The position numbers were made by a program, and so were the translations under genes. Shown piece after piece: positions 27,439 through 38,889 of a stretch of DNA of 64,000 nt. The first letter of the stretch is position 1; each line of letters begins with the position of its first letter. Source of the stretch: Fervidobacterium sp. (GTDB lineage Bacteria; Thermotogota; Thermotogae; Thermotogales; Fervidobacteriaceae); assembly GCA_049970055.1 (NCBI GenBank), contig JBMFNR010000002.1, positions 573,371 through 637,370 of the forward strand, read 5' to 3'. The notes under the pieces were generated by a model that was not told the DNA's origin, did no database searches, and saw nothing but the letters and a program-made list of their open reading frames with translations.

Positions 27439-28317
27439 ATGGATAAAGAGATCATAATAGGTGCCCATATGCCAATAGGTGGTGGTTTTACAAGAGTTCC
27501 GGTAGAAACTGTTGAAATTGGTGGTAACACATTTCAGATATTTCCCCACAATCCTCGACAATGGAATGCGAAATTACCTTCAGAAGACGATGTTGTCCAT
27601 TTCATTAGAGGTGTAAAAAAGTACGGACTCAATCCCGAGTACTTTTTGTGTCACTCAGGATACCTTATTAACATAGCAGGTCCGAGAGATGATATTTGGG
27701 AGAAGTCTGTTGAATTATTAGAAATTGAAATGAAGATATGCGCAAAACTTGGCATAAAGTACTTGAATATTCATCCGGGCAGTCACTTAGGCGAAGGTGA
27801 AGAGAAGGGGATTGAAAGAATAGCGAAAGCACTGAATATTGTTATGGAAAAAGAAAAAACAGTGCATATAGTCCTTGAAAATGTAGTTATGAAAGGTGGA
27901 AATATTGGATACAATTACGCGCAGATGAGAAAAATCCTTGAAATTTGTAAATATCCAGATCGAGTAGGTTTGACTTTTGATACATGTCATGGTTACGATG
28001 CAGGCTACGATATCACAACACAAGATGGTATTCAGAAACTCATCGATGAGATAAACCAAGAAGTTGGTATAAACAAGCTCAAGTTTATCCACTTGAACGA
28101 TACAAAAAATTCATTAGGTTCAAATAAAGATAGACACGAAAACATCGGTAAAGGGACTTTGGGTATCGAAGGATTGAAAATGTTTTTAAGTCACCCAGCA
28201 TTCTCCTTGTTACCGCTTATTTTGGAAACACCCGGTGATAATCCAGAGCACGCGGAAGATATTGCTAAAGTGAAAGAAATCTGGAAGATGATAAATAATT
28301 TAAAACTTGGGAAGTGA
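27439..28317 (+). CDS. nfo: Endonuclease IV
   Basis: IGAH, HSGYLIN, HPGS, LEN, DTCH, HLND, DRHENIG, LETP. Confidence 0.95.
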   Translation: MDKEIIIGAHMPIGGGFTRVPVETVEIGGNTFQIFPHNPRQWNAKLPSEDDVVHFIRGVKKYGLNPEYFLCHSGYLINIAGPRDDIWEKSVELLEIEMKICAKLGIKYLNIHPGSHLGEGEEKGIERIAKALNIVMEKEKTVHIVLENVVMKGGNIGYNYAQMRKILEICKYPDRVGLTFDTCHGYDAGYDITTQDGIQKLIDEINQEVGINKLKFIHLNDTKNSLGSNKDRHENIGKGTLGIEGLKMFLSHPAFSLLPLILETPGDNPEHAEDIAKVKEIWKMINNLKLGK

Positions 28318-28321
28318 TAAA

Positions 28322-28774
28322 GTGAATAGTGGATTTACCATAAACAAGTCCGAAATGGAGTTTAGTGAAAGATTCAACGCACCAATTTCTGAAGTATGGA
28401 AAGTGTTTTACAATCCAAACGGTTGGGATCCATGGTTCACCGATGGGATGAGGATATACGAGAATGGTGATATATACTTCAGATGGTTTAGATTAACAGA
28501 TGGCGAAGTAGTAACAGATAATGGGAAGATAGTTACAGTTATAAAAGAAAGACTATTTTCGTTTTGGTGGTATGAATACGAAGATGGTTACAGGTCATTT
28601 GTTGAATTGGATTTTCAACCAACCGGTGATAACGAAACGGTGGTTACGATAAGGGATAGGACATTTATAAAAGATGAGAGCGAACTGCACATCAGATATG
28701 GTTGTGCGTACGGTTGGGGACAGATGATGTTGCTGGCCAAATTATTTATCGAAAAGAGATTGATAGTTATTTAA
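28322..28774 (+). CDS. SRPBCC/AHSA1-like domain protein
   Basis: FNAPISEVWKVF, WDPWF, C-terminal GWGQMM helix. Start uncertain (28307 or 28322). Confidence 0.7.
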   Translation: MNSGFTINKSEMEFSERFNAPISEVWKVFYNPNGWDPWFTDGMRIYENGDIYFRWFRLTDGEVVTDNGKIVTVIKERLFSFWWYEYEDGYRSFVELDFQPTGDNETVVTIRDRTFIKDESELHIRYGCAYGWGQMMLLAKLFIEKRLIVI

Positions 28775-28788
28775 AGGGAGGGAAAAAT

Positions 28789-29400
28789 ATGAAAGCAACC
28801 GTTGTACTAAATGGAATATCTTCCGGAACAATGTACATAACAGGTGACATAATCATTGCAGTGGATGGAGGGGCTGAAGAATTAAAGAGAAGAGGTATTC
28901 TTCCAACGGTTGTCATTGGTGATATGGACTCAATTTCACAAAGTACTCTCGAGTACTTCAAGTCGAAAGGAGTACAGATCGCCATTTACCCGCATGAGAA
29001 AGATGAAACAGATTTAGAACTTGCGTTAAACTATGCATTTAAAAATGGTGCTAGCGAAGTTGAAGTTTTGAATTGGCAAGGTGAAAGAGTAGATATGATT
29101 CTTGCTATGATAGGACTAATCAGCAAGTACAAAAATGTAACAGCAATCGCAGACAACTGTGAGCTTGGTGTTCTTGGAGAAGGGGAGTACTCATTGAAAG
29201 CAGTTATTGGTGAAACATGGTCCTTCATACCTTTATGTGAGGCGGAATTTTCAATAAGAGGTTTCAAATACATATTTGATGGAAAAATGTCCATAACTTC
29301 TCCGATTGGCGTAAGTAATGAAGCTTTGGAAAACGCTGTAAAAGTGAGTATTAAAAATGGTAAGGTGGTGTACATCCGTTGGAAAAGAAAACCGTTGTGA
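28789..29400 (+). CDS. thiN: Thiamine diphosphokinase
   Basis: [27 protein letters not shown]. Confidence 0.92.
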   Translation: MKATVVLNGISSGTMYITGDIIIAVDGGAEELKRRGILPTVVIGDMDSISQSTLEYFKSKGVQIAIYPHEKDETDLELALNYAFKNGASEVEVLNWQGERVDMILAMIGLISKYKNVTAIADNCELGVLGEGEYSLKAVIGETWSFIPLCEAEFSIRGFKYIFDGKMSITSPIGVSNEALENAVKVSIKNGKVVYIRWKRKPL

Positions 29401-30491
29401 TACTTGGTGCAACTGGCTCCATAGGCACTCAGAGTGTAGATGTTATATCCAAGCTTAAAAACTTCAAGATCGTTGGCATATCTTTTGGTAAGAACTGGAA
29501 GTTGGCAGAAGATATAATAAAAAAATTCAATATTAAATTTTACCATGGGAGTGTTGAGTTGTCCGTTGGAAAGGGACTAAATACAATATCTGAGTTATTA
29601 GAAAAGACACTACCAGACATAGTTATCAGTGCAATTCCAGGGTTTGACGGTGTCCGGGCAACTATTGAGGCTATAAAGTACACGAAGAGAATAGCGCTTG
29701 CAACAAAAGAAGCTATGGTTTGCGCCGGTCCTTTTGTTAAATCAATTGCAAAGGAAAGAAACGTCGAGATCATTCCAGTGGATAGTGAGCATTCCGCTAT
29801 TTTTCAGCTCTATGAACCTTACATCGATCACATCGTTATCACCGCTTCCGGTGGTGCGGTTAGAGATATTCCGTTGGAGAAAATTCCTTACCTCAAGCCA
29901 ACCGACGTATTAAAACACCCCACTTGGAGTATGGGAAATCGCATTACTGTTGACTCAGCAACCATGGTCAACAAATTCTTTGAAGTTGTTGAAGCTCACG
30001 AGCTTTTTGAATTGACATACGATAAAATAGAAGTTTTTATTAATCCTTCAAGTTTCGTACATGGAATCGTCTTTCTTAAAGATGGCACCATAAAAATTCA
30101 TGCTGGTAAACCAGATATGCGGGTTCCGATCGCATATTCACTAACATACCCATCGCGCGAGTACCTATCTTACGTATCAAGAGTTGAAGAATTTGATATG
30201 AGACTTCTGACTGTTGAGAAAAGTCGCTACCCTTTATTTTTCTTCGGCTTGGAAATTATCAAAAATGGAGGATTAGCTGAACGTATAGCCTTTAATAGTG
30301 CCGATGAACTAGCAGTACAATATTTCCTTGAAAATCACATCGAATTTGGTAAAATTGAGAGAATAGTAAAAACAACAGTTGAGATAATTAACAAACGCGA
30401 TTTTAAGATCAATTCTTTGGAAGACATCTACGAAGCAGATAAATTGGCACGTCAAATTGCAAAGGAGGTTTTGTATGGTAGTGTTAGTTAA
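29379..30491 (+). CDS. dxr: 1-deoxy-D-xylulose-5-phosphate reductoisomerase
   Basis: [41 protein letters not shown]. Confidence 0.97.
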   Translation: MEKKTVVILGATGSIGTQSVDVISKLKNFKIVGISFGKNWKLAEDIIKKFNIKFYHGSVELSVGKGLNTISELLEKTLPDIVISAIPGFDGVRATIEAIKYTKRIALATKEAMVCAGPFVKSIAKERNVEIIPVDSEHSAIFQLYEPYIDHIVITASGGAVRDIPLEKIPYLKPTDVLKHPTWSMGNRITVDSATMVNKFFEVVEAHELFELTYDKIEVFINPSSFVHGIVFLKDGTIKIHAGKPDMRVPIAYSLTYPSREYLSYVSRVEEFDMRLLTVEKSRYPLFFFGLEIIKNGGLAERIAFNSADELAVQYFLENHIEFGKIERIVKTTVEIINKRDFKINSLEDIYEADKLARQIAKEVLYGSVS

Positions 30492-31968
30492 CATAATTGC
30501 ATTCTTAACAGTTTTTATGTTCATAGTGGTAGTACATGAATTTGGACATTTCATATTCGCTAGAGCATTTGGCGTAAAAGTCCATGAATTTGCAATAGGC
30601 TTTGGGCCAGAAATTTTCAGGAGGAAAGGTAAGAAAACGGATTTTAGGATAAATGTGTTTCCGCTTGGAGGATATGTTCGCTTAAAAGGTGAGGATCCAA
30701 GCGAAGAAGAGGATCCAGATTCACTTTATGGCGTTTCAGCATGGAAACGGTTTTTAATTGTATTCGCAGGGCCATTATTTTCTATACTTGCTGGGTATTT
30801 TTTATTCATGATCATCATTTCCTTTTGGGGGTACACGCCCATAATCATCGATAAAGTAATTCCCGGTTCACCCGCACAGGAAGCTGGATTGCAGAGCAAT
30901 GACGTGATTTTGAAGATAAACGGTAAATACATTTTCGATACAATAGACATGACAAATACGATTAGAAAGGGCAAAACGATTGTACTTGAAGTGCTCAGAG
31001 GGAATGAGAGATTAAAGATTTCAGTCATACCGAGATTAACACCCGCACAGTATTACATGTATTTCAAAGATGTACGTGGAAACATAGGTGGAAAGATATT
31101 TTCTATCAACAATTTACCATTTGGCGAGTATATTAAGAACTACAAAAAGGAAATAGTTACAATAAAATCGGAAATTGGTGAAATAAACGGTGTTCTCGAT
31201 AGTTTGACTTCACAACCCGAAAGGTACACCATAGGCATATATTACGGACAATTCTCAAGTACGTTTGCAAAAGATGCACAACCTTTCAAAAAAGGTGACA
31301 AAATAGTGCAAGTTGGAGATAGGAAAGTTGAAAGTAGCTCGGATCTATTGGATATATTGACTGCATTAAGTTTGAAACCAGATGAGCTATACGTTACTGT
31401 CAACGGCGAAAAAGTTGAAAGTTTAATCTCATCACTTCCCGAAGACATTATGGTAACATATTTAACGTCACGTGGTGAAAGTAATCGGGTTATACTGAAA
31501 AAAGAGAAACTTATTCAAATCTTCTCCATACCGGGTATCTTTGAAACAAAAGCCACGAGGATAAAACCTAAAGGAATAATAGAATCCTTAACTTTGTCAG
31601 TAGCACGTAGTAATAGATTAGCCCTTTACATTTGGAAAACGTTGCCTGGAATATTTGTGGGTAAAAACTTACAAGATGTTACAGGACCAGTTGGTATGGT
31701 TCAAGTAATTGGTCAAGCTGCCCAGATAGGTATTGAAACTATTCTTACGATCGTAGCGATAATAACGATTAACCTTGGTATATTCAATCTTTTCCCACTT
31801 CCCGCACTCGATGGTGGAAGAATCGTCTTTGCGTTGATCGAAATGATAACAAGGCGAAAAATCAACAGAAATATCGAAAATATAATACATACAATAGGGT
31901 TCTTCATTTTGTTGGGGCTAGTTTTCTTTGTTACGTTTATTGACATTGGAAGATTGTTTAATAGATGA
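30475..31968 (+). CDS. rseP: RIP metalloprotease RseP (M50, PDZ)
   Basis: HEFGH, PLGGYV, AGP, PDZ domain, [11 protein letters not shown]. Confidence 0.95.
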   Translation: MVVLVNIIAFLTVFMFIVVVHEFGHFIFARAFGVKVHEFAIGFGPEIFRRKGKKTDFRINVFPLGGYVRLKGEDPSEEEDPDSLYGVSAWKRFLIVFAGPLFSILAGYFLFMIIISFWGYTPIIIDKVIPGSPAQEAGLQSNDVILKINGKYIFDTIDMTNTIRKGKTIVLEVLRGNERLKISVIPRLTPAQYYMYFKDVRGNIGGKIFSINNLPFGEYIKNYKKEIVTIKSEIGEINGVLDSLTSQPERYTIGIYYGQFSSTFAKDAQPFKKGDKIVQVGDRKVESSSDLLDILTALSLKPDELYVTVNGEKVESLISSLPEDIMVTYLTSRGESNRVILKKEKLIQIFSIPGIFETKATRIKPKGIIESLTLSVARSNRLALYIWKTLPGIFVGKNLQDVTGPVGMVQVIGQAAQIGIETILTIVAIITINLGIFNLFPLPALDGGRIVFALIEMITRRKINRNIENIIHTIGFFILLGLVFFVTFIDIGRLFNR

Positions 31969-31981
31969 AGTGGGTGAATTA

Positions 31982-33043
31982 ATGAACGGAAGCTCTGGAA
32001 CTAGCGATAGGAAAAGAAAAGTGGTAAAAGTTGGGAACATTTTCATCGGTGGTGGTAATCCAATATCAATTCAATCAATGACGAACACCAACACAGAAGA
32101 TGTAGAATCGACTATTTCGCAAATAAATGTACTTTCAGATGCCGGCTGTGACATCGTAAGGATATCTTTACCAACACTTGAGAGTGCGAAAAAAGTTAAA
32201 ATAATAAAAGAACGCGTTAAAGTTCCCATCGTTGGTGACATACATTTTGATTATCGAATAGCTATAGAAGCAATAAAACAAGGAATAGACAAGATCAGAA
32301 TAAATCCAGGTAATATTGGAGACGAAAGCAAAGTTTCAGAAATTGTTAGTGCGGCAAAAGAACGAGGGGTTCCAATAAGAGTAGGGGCAAATAGTGGTTC
32401 ACTACCGAAGGATTTAACTCATCTACCGAGATACCAAGCTCTAGCGGAGGCAGCTTTGCGTGAAGTTCGAATACTTGAAAAGCTTGGTTTTGATGATATC
32501 GTCATATCCGTCAAAAGTTCAGACATTCTTGAAACGATAGAGGCTAATAGATACGTTGCAAAATTTTCCAATTATCCACTTCACGTGGGTGTTACAGAGG
32601 CAGGTACGCTGTACAATTCACTTGTTAAATCATCTGTGGCGTTAGGTGTTTTGATCTTGGAAGGGCTTGTTGATACGATAAGAATGTCAATAGCGGGCGA
32701 TCCAGTTAATGAAGTAATAGCCGCGAAAAAATTATTAACATTTCTACACCTCAGAAAAGGGCCGAACATTGTTGCATGCCCAACGTGTTCAAGGGCCGTT
32801 TTTGATGTTGAAAAAGTTGCACTTGAAGTTGAGAGAATATTAGCAGATGTAAATGAGGGAGTGACTATTTCTGTGCTTGGTTGCGTTGTAAATGGTATAG
32901 GAGAGGGGAAAGAAGCAGACGTTGGTATTGCTGGCACAAAGGATGGTGTAGTGATATTTTATAAAGGTGAAATCGTGGGAACATTTAGATACGAAGAAGG
33001 TATTGAAAAACTCAAAGAATACGTAAAGAAGGTGATAATGTGA
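31982..33043 (+). CDS. ispG: HMBPP synthase IspG
   Basis: IQSMTNT, DIHFD, RINPGNIG, HVGVTEAG, ACPTCSR, GCVVNG.GE. Confidence 0.97.
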   Translation: MNGSSGTSDRKRKVVKVGNIFIGGGNPISIQSMTNTNTEDVESTISQINVLSDAGCDIVRISLPTLESAKKVKIIKERVKVPIVGDIHFDYRIAIEAIKQGIDKIRINPGNIGDESKVSEIVSAAKERGVPIRVGANSGSLPKDLTHLPRYQALAEAALREVRILEKLGFDDIVISVKSSDILETIEANRYVAKFSNYPLHVGVTEAGTLYNSLVKSSVALGVLILEGLVDTIRMSIAGDPVNEVIAAKKLLTFLHLRKGPNIVACPTCSRAVFDVEKVALEVERILADVNEGVTISVLGCVVNGIGEGKEADVGIAGTKDGVVIFYKGEIVGTFRYEEGIEKLKEYVKKVIM

Positions 33044-33819
33044 ATGTGCTTCTTGTGAACGATGATGGTGTTACCGCTCCGGGAATCCTATGCGCAGCGA
33101 GATACTTGAGTAAGGAACATTATGTTATTGTTTGTGCGCCTGAGTCGGAACAGAGTGCAGTTGGACATGGTATAACGTTGAGGTTTCCCTTGTGGGCAAG
33201 GAAGTTAGATATAAACGAACCATTTGAGATGTACGCAGTTTCCGGGACACCAGCGGATTGTGTCAAAATAGGACTCGATGTTATATACAAAGATAAGGGT
33301 ATCGTTCCAGATATCGTTATTAGTGGAATAAATCGTGGTGAAAATCTTGGCACGGATGTTGTTTACTCAGGCACAGTCAGCGGGGCACTAGAAGGTGCGA
33401 TAGCAGGTATACCATCAATAGCCATCTCTGTAGCAGATTTTAAAGATCCCATATACGAAACTGCGGCCAAGTTTCTACTTGATTTTCTGAAACAATTCGA
33501 TATAAAGCTAATTCCAAGGTTTACAGCATTGAATATAAACGTACCTTCCGTACCATACGAAGAAATCAAAGGTTGGAAATTAACAAGACAAAGCAAAAGA
33601 AGGTACGAAGATTACTTTGAAAAAAGACTTGATCCGTACGGTAGGGAATATTACTGGATGCTAGGTGATATAATAGAAGACGACCCTGATCCCAAAGCTG
33701 ATTACAAAGCACTTGCACAAGGCTATATATCTGTAACACCTGTATCCATTTTCATAACAAACGAAACATTGCTTAGAGAACTGGAGGGAATATACGGTGA
33801 CAATAAGAATTTTAGGTGA
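33040..33819 (+). CDS. surE: 5'/3'-nucleotidase SurE
   Basis: NDDG, GTPADCV, SGINRGEN, YSGTV. Confidence 0.97.
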   Translation: MNVLLVNDDGVTAPGILCAARYLSKEHYVIVCAPESEQSAVGHGITLRFPLWARKLDINEPFEMYAVSGTPADCVKIGLDVIYKDKGIVPDIVISGINRGENLGTDVVYSGTVSGALEGAIAGIPSIAISVADFKDPIYETAAKFLLDFLKQFDIKLIPRFTALNINVPSVPYEEIKGWKLTRQSKRRYEDYFEKRLDPYGREYYWMLGDIIEDDPDPKADYKALAQGYISVTPVSIFITNETLLRELEGIYGDNKNFR

Positions 33820-34300
33820 CCCGGTACTCAGAAAGAAGGCTCAACGTGTTGTTGATTTTTCCCAGATTCGTGCGATTTTGGAGGAATTTAAATTGACGAT
33901 GTATCAAGAGGATGGCGTTGGTCTTGCAGCTCCGCAAGTTGGGTTATCGCTTAGATTTTTTGGGATGGATGATGGAAGCGAGTTTAAGATGGTTGTAAAT
34001 CCGGAGATATTAGAGAGATCCGAAGAAAAAGAATTAGGAGAAGAAGGATGCCTTAGTATTCCCGGTGTTTTTGCAGATGTTGAAAGACACAGATGGATAA
34101 AGGTAAGATATCAAGATGAACACGGTGTTTATCACGAAGAATTACTGGAAGGTTATTCGGCAAGAATTTTTCAACATGAGTACGATCATCTCGATGGTGT
34201 ACTTTTCATCGATCACCTTGATTCTAAGACGAGAACCGCGTTAGCTCAACAGTTGAAAAAGATAATGGAAGAAAATCGAAGAAATAAAGAGAAAAAATAA
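33797..34300 (+). CDS. def: Peptide deformylase
   Basis: GVGLAAPQVG, EGCLS, QHEYDHL. Confidence 0.97.
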   Translation: MTIRILGDPVLRKKAQRVVDFSQIRAILEEFKLTMYQEDGVGLAAPQVGLSLRFFGMDDGSEFKMVVNPEILERSEEKELGEEGCLSIPGVFADVERHRWIKVRYQDEHGVYHEELLEGYSARIFQHEYDHLDGVLFIDHLDSKTRTALAQQLKKIMEENRRNKEKK

Positions 34301-34344
34301 ACATGGTTAAAGAAACAGCTTTTGACTATCTTTAAATAACAATA

Positions 34345-34373
34345 TTGAACATTAAACATCTCCATGGTATAAT
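34345..34373 (+). promoter_or_regulatory. Sigma70-type promoter
   Basis: TTGAAC-N17-TATAAT with an extended TG. Confidence 0.7.
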
Positions 34374-34417
34374 TAACTAGGCTTGTAATTTTTATGTTGG
34401 CCATGGAGGTGGTTAAA

Positions 34418-34672
34418 ATGGAAAAAATTAAAAAGACCTTTTCTATTGATTACGAACTCGATATTATCAACAAAAAGATACGAATCAACGGTTATCAGGA
34501 AAAGGAACTTCGAGAATTTCTTGATGAGCTTAAAAGATCTGAAGATTTTCTCGCTAAAATATTCTACAATGACCTAATTGAACAGGCAGTCACTCAGATG
34601 CGCGTTATGTCTTGGACAGGAATGGACATCAAACAATGGCTAAATGAAGTTGGTTACGCAGAGAAAGAATAA
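34418..34672 (+). CDS. Small hypothetical protein (84 aa), monocistronic
   Basis: SD GGAGGT before ATG 34418; has its own promoter and terminator. Confidence 0.75.
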   Translation: MEKIKKTFSIDYELDIINKKIRINGYQEKELREFLDELKRSEDFLAKIFYNDLIEQAVTQMRVMSWTGMDIKQWLNEVGYAEKE

Positions 34673-34689
34673 TCAAGAATGATAATTCC

Positions 34690-34724
34690 AACCGTCGAGG
34701 TAAAACCTCGGCGGTTTTTTGTTT
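34690..34724 (+). terminator. Rho-independent terminator
   Basis: AACCGTCGAGGT-aaa-ACCTCGGCGGTT followed by a T-run. Confidence 0.85.
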
Positions 34725-34802
34725 GTAGCCAAGCCTAAAAACATTTTATTTGAAACAAGTTACAGTTATACAATAAGATGCACTAAGGCTTAAAAAGGAG
34801 GG

Positions 34803-37800
34803 ATGAAGATGAATAATTACTACTTTGACGATATAGGGAGATTTGTTATAGAAAATTACAATGTTTCGCACGAATTTGCAAGTTTTCTGCCTGGTATAGC
34901 AGGAAAGAAGGGCATACCTTTGTGGGCCTTTTACGTTAACCGAGGTCAGGCAATTGCGTCTGTTGGCATTGCTCATAAAGATAATCCCATCATTGAATTC
35001 CATCCTGCCTTTAGAAGTTACCAAACGGTATTTACCAATGGCTTTCGAACGTTTATAAAACAAAATGAAAACATCTATGAACCTTTTCAATATCCAAAAT
35101 CAGATGCCATCAACCAACGTATGCATATTGGAATAAACGAAGTTGAGATTGTCGAAATAAACAAAAAATTAAATCTTGAGATATCCGTACTGTATTTCAC
35201 ATTGCCTCAAGAAAGAATCGCAGCACTTTTAAGAAAAGTAACGATAAGAAACATATCAAAAGATGCACATGCACTTGAAATACTTGACGGATTACCGACA
35301 ATAATTCCATATGGAATAAACGATTATGGGCTTAAGCATGTTGGTAATACGCTTAAAGCTTGGATGCAAGTTTACAACTTGGAAAGTGGGATTCCTCTTT
35401 TCAAAATGCGTTCATCCACTGAGGATACGGTGGAGGTAAAAGAATTCAACGAAGGTAATTTTTATATGTCGATTGTGCAAACAACAGAAGGTACCGAATA
35501 CCCAATACCAATAATAGATGCTAACTTGGTTTTTGGTTACAATACGGCATTTGATTTTCCATCATTTTTTGCAAACAATTCACTCAAAAGTATCCTAAAT
35601 AAAGAACAAATTAAAACAAATAAAGTTCCATGTGCATTTACGCCGTTAAGTGTAATCCTTTCGCCAAATGAGCAGGTAACGATTTATTCTGTCATAGGTC
35701 ATACACCCGACATTACATTACTTGAAGACTACAAGAAAAAATTTTCAGAGACTTCATACGTAGAAAGAAAGTATTTAGAAGGCAACGAGATTATAAATAC
35801 GCTTACGGAGGTTGTACACACAGAAACATCTTCAAGGTTGTTTAATGAGTATTGTAAGCAAAGTTACCTTGATAACCTACTTAGAGGTGGATATCCTCTT
35901 GTTTTTAAGAAAGGTGATAAACCTTTAGTTTATCACATTTACTCAAGGAAACACGGAGATTTAGAGAGAGACTATAATTACTTCGTATTACTTCCAGAGT
36001 ATTATTCGAGTGGTAATGGAAATTACAGAGATATAAACCAGAATAGGAGAAACGATGTTTTCTTTAATCCTGATGTTGAGAGATACAATATAAAGTTCTT
36101 TATAAACCTTATACAATCGGACGGTTATAATCCACTCGTTATAAACGGTGTAAAATACAAGGTTAGATTGGATAAGTTAGACTTTCTAAAAGGTTTAGTT
36201 GAAGAAGGTGATAACGAAAAACTTTTGCACTTTTTATTAAATGGGTTCACACCCGGTAAGCTTATAATGTTCCTTGAGAAAGAACATATTAAGCTGAAAG
36301 TTGACGAAGAGGAATTCTTGAGAAGAGTAATTGAACACTCTATTGAGGAAACAGATGCCGTACACGGTGATGGTTTTTGGACAGATCACTGGACTTACAC
36401 CCTTGATCTTATAGAGAGTTACCTTGAGATATACCCTGATAAAGAAGAAGAACTTTTGTTTGATGATAAAGATTATACCTACTACGATGATTACTACGTT
36501 GTTTTACCACGTAATAAACGATATGTTTATGTAGATGGCAAAGTAAGGCAATACAATTCGCTTGTTGTAGATGAAAGAAAAAAAGAGATGATCGAACTAC
36601 GCAGTGAATACAAGAACCTGATGAGAACATCAAAAGATGAGATATTCCGGACAACTCTTGTTTCAAAGTTAATCAACATAGCGTTAGTAAAATTTGCGAC
36701 AACTGATCCATACGGCATGGGAATAGAAATGGAAGCAGGGAAACCAGGTTGGTACGATGCGCTGAATGGTCTTCCCGGGCTTTTCGGTTCATCTGTTGCG
36801 GAAAGTTTCGAACTGGTAAGACTTTTGAATTTCCTTATCGATACGCTCAGCAAATACCCACTAAAGAATGTGTCCTTACCGTTGGAAGTAGATGAATTAT
36901 TGGAGGATGAATTGAGGATAGTTTTAGAATACGACAATCTTGGCGAAAACAAAGACTTTGAATATTGGAATTTACTATCAGATGTGAGGGAAAAATACAG
37001 AGAAAAAACAAAATACGAATTTAGTGGTGTAGAAGTTAAGTACCTGGGACAGCAGCTTGCACAAAAACTGGATATTCTTAAAAGAAAACTGGAAAATACT
37101 CTTGAAAGGGCAATACAGGAGAACGATGGGATTATGCCAACGTATTATTACTATGAGGCGAAGGAATACGAAATAATCGGCGAAGAAAATAATCAGAAAT
37201 TTGTAAGAGTGTTGAAATTCGAACAAAGGAAAATGCCACTCTTTTTAGAAGGTGTTGTCCGTGGATTTAAGATCTTCAAAGATAAAGATTACTTAAGAAA
37301 AGTTTACTCAAAGGTTAAAGAGAGTCTTCTGTTCGATTGTAAGTTGAAGATGTACAAAGTTAACGCACCACTCATAGACCAACCCATCGAGATAGGTAGA
37401 GCCAAAGCTTTCACGCCAGGTTGGCTTGAAAACGAATCTATTTGGCTCCATATGGAATACAAATACATGCTGGAAGTACTCAAAGCAGGTTTATACGAAG
37501 AATTTTACAGCGATTTCAAGAACGTCTTCATTCCGTTCTTAGATCCTGCTCAGTATGGAAGAAGCACACTTGAAAACTCATCTTTTATAGCAAGTAGTGC
37601 TAATCCAGACGAATCTGTGCATGGAAGAGGTTTTGTTGCGCGGTTGTCTGGAGCAACGGCAGAGTTTCTAAGCATTTGGAAACTCATGTTCGTTGGTTAC
37701 AAGCCTTTCACATACGAAAATGGTAAGCTCAAATTAAGATTTAAACCGGCTTTACCGGGATGGTTATTCAACGAGGATGGAACTATATCTTTCAAGTTCC

Positions 37801-37988
37801 TTGGAAGATGTGAAGTAGTGTATCATAACGATAAGAAGGAAGATACATTTAATTTGTTTGTTAAAAGAATAACGCTTCATCTACCAAACGAAGAAAAAGT
37901 GGAAATCGACTCCGATTTTGTCGAAAGTCCTTATGCGCAGATGATTAGAAACGGTGATGTAAAAAGAATAGATATTGTTTTAGAATAA
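34803..37988 (+). CDS. Large glycoside phosphorylase, GH161-like (beta-1,3-glucan phosphorylase; often annotated cellobiose phosphorylase)
   Basis: 1061 aa; FLPGIAG..GIPLW.FYVNRGQ, YSRKHGDLERDYN, GNYRDINQNRR, EAGKPGWYDALNGLPG, GWLENESIWLHMEYKY. Confidence 0.8.
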   Translation: MKMNNYYFDDIGRFVIENYNVSHEFASFLPGIAGKKGIPLWAFYVNRGQAIASVGIAHKDNPIIEFHPAFRSYQTVFTNGFRTFIKQNENIYEPFQYPKSDAINQRMHIGINEVEIVEINKKLNLEISVLYFTLPQERIAALLRKVTIRNISKDAHALEILDGLPTIIPYGINDYGLKHVGNTLKAWMQVYNLESGIPLFKMRSSTEDTVEVKEFNEGNFYMSIVQTTEGTEYPIPIIDANLVFGYNTAFDFPSFFANNSLKSILNKEQIKTNKVPCAFTPLSVILSPNEQVTIYSVIGHTPDITLLEDYKKKFSETSYVERKYLEGNEIINTLTEVVHTETSSRLFNEYCKQSYLDNLLRGGYPLVFKKGDKPLVYHIYSRKHGDLERDYNYFVLLPEYYSSGNGNYRDINQNRRNDVFFNPDVERYNIKFFINLIQSDGYNPLVINGVKYKVRLDKLDFLKGLVEEGDNEKLLHFLLNGFTPGKLIMFLEKEHIKLKVDEEEFLRRVIEHSIEETDAVHGDGFWTDHWTYTLDLIESYLEIYPDKEEELLFDDKDYTYYDDYYVVLPRNKRYVYVDGKVRQYNSLVVDERKKEMIELRSEYKNLMRTSKDEIFRTTLVSKLINIALVKFATTDPYGMGIEMEAGKPGWYDALNGLPGLFGSSVAESFELVRLLNFLIDTLSKYPLKNVSLPLEVDELLEDELRIVLEYDNLGENKDFEYWNLLSDVREKYREKTKYEFSGVEVKYLGQQLAQKLDILKRKLENTLERAIQENDGIMPTYYYYEAKEYEIIGEENNQKFVRVLKFEQRKMPLFLEGVVRGFKIFKDKDYLRKVYSKVKESLLFDCKLKMYKVNAPLIDQPIEIGRAKAFTPGWLENESIWLHMEYKYMLEVLKAGLYEEFYSDFKNVFIPFLDPAQYGRSTLENSSFIASSANPDESVHGRGFVARLSGATAEFLSIWKLMFVGYKPFTYENGKLKLRFKPALPGWLFNEDGTISFKFLGRCEVVYHNDKKEDTFNLFVKRITLHLPNEEKVEIDSDFVESPYAQMIRNGDVKRIDIVLE

Positions 37989-38009
37989 TGTGAGCAAAAA
38001 CAAAGGTAT

Positions 38010-38050
38010 AAATAAAAACCCGTCAAGTACACTTTGACGGGTTTTTATTT
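38010..38050 (+). terminator. Rho-independent terminator
   Basis: 17-bp perfect stem AAATAAAAACCCGTCAA / TTGACGGGTTTTTATTT with a 7-nt loop. Confidence 0.88.
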
Positions 38051-38116
38051 ATATTTATCGTGTTATAATATAGTACTGATAGTACATATAATATCAAGAA
38101 TGGAGGTGTCAATATA

Positions 38117-38869
38117 ATGAAATCCAGTGATAATTTTTCCGATGCTTCCAAGAAATCACTAGTTCTGCCAAGTCTAATTGTAGGAATGTCTTTTATAATC
38201 GGTATGTTCGTCTTTGGTTATTTCTTTTATCTTTCAAAATTACCTCAAAAGACATTAACTGTGACTGGATCTGCGCGAGAACGTGTCAACTCAGACATTG
38301 CAAAGTGGAATTCGAATTACTCCGTGAAAGTTTCTGAATCTAATTTAGAAAAAGGATTCAAATTGATGAAAAGCTATGAGAAAAGCATTCTTGATGTTTT
38401 CAGAACAAATGGTATAAATGAAAAGGAAATATCACTTTCCGCAGTTAGTGTCGTTGAACTCTACATTGATCCTGAACGTCAAAGTGAACGATTGTATACA
38501 CTTTCTCAACAGATCTTTGTTGAGACTGTAGACGTAAATAACATAGCTGAAAAGTCCAAAAATATCACTCAAAAGATACTTGATTTGGGTATTGCATTTC
38601 AATCTTCTCCTGTTGAATATTACTATTCTAAGCTCCCTGAGAAAAGGATACAACTATTATCGGAAGCTGTCAGAGATGCACAAAGGCGAGCTGAAGAAAT
38701 CGCAAAAAGCGGAGGATTAAAATTAGGTAAGATTTTAAGTGCAAAAAGTGGTGTCGTTCAAGTGCTTGCTCCAAATAGTGTTGATGTCAGTGATTATGGT
38801 AGTTATGACACATCAACACTTGAAAAGGAAGTAATGGTGACTGTAAATGTGACATTTGAAGTGTATTGA
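38117..38869 (+). CDS. SIMPL domain protein (DUF541)
   Basis: N-terminal TM, LTVTGSA, EAVRDAQRRAEEIA, VTVNVTF. Confidence 0.88.
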   Translation: MKSSDNFSDASKKSLVLPSLIVGMSFIIGMFVFGYFFYLSKLPQKTLTVTGSARERVNSDIAKWNSNYSVKVSESNLEKGFKLMKSYEKSILDVFRTNGINEKEISLSAVSVVELYIDPERQSERLYTLSQQIFVETVDVNNIAEKSKNITQKILDLGIAFQSSPVEYYYSKLPEKRIQLLSEAVRDAQRRAEEIAKSGGLKLGKILSAKSGVVQVLAPNSVDVSDYGSYDTSTLEKEVMVTVNVTFEVY

Positions 38870-38889
38870 GACAAAGGGAGGGTGAACTG

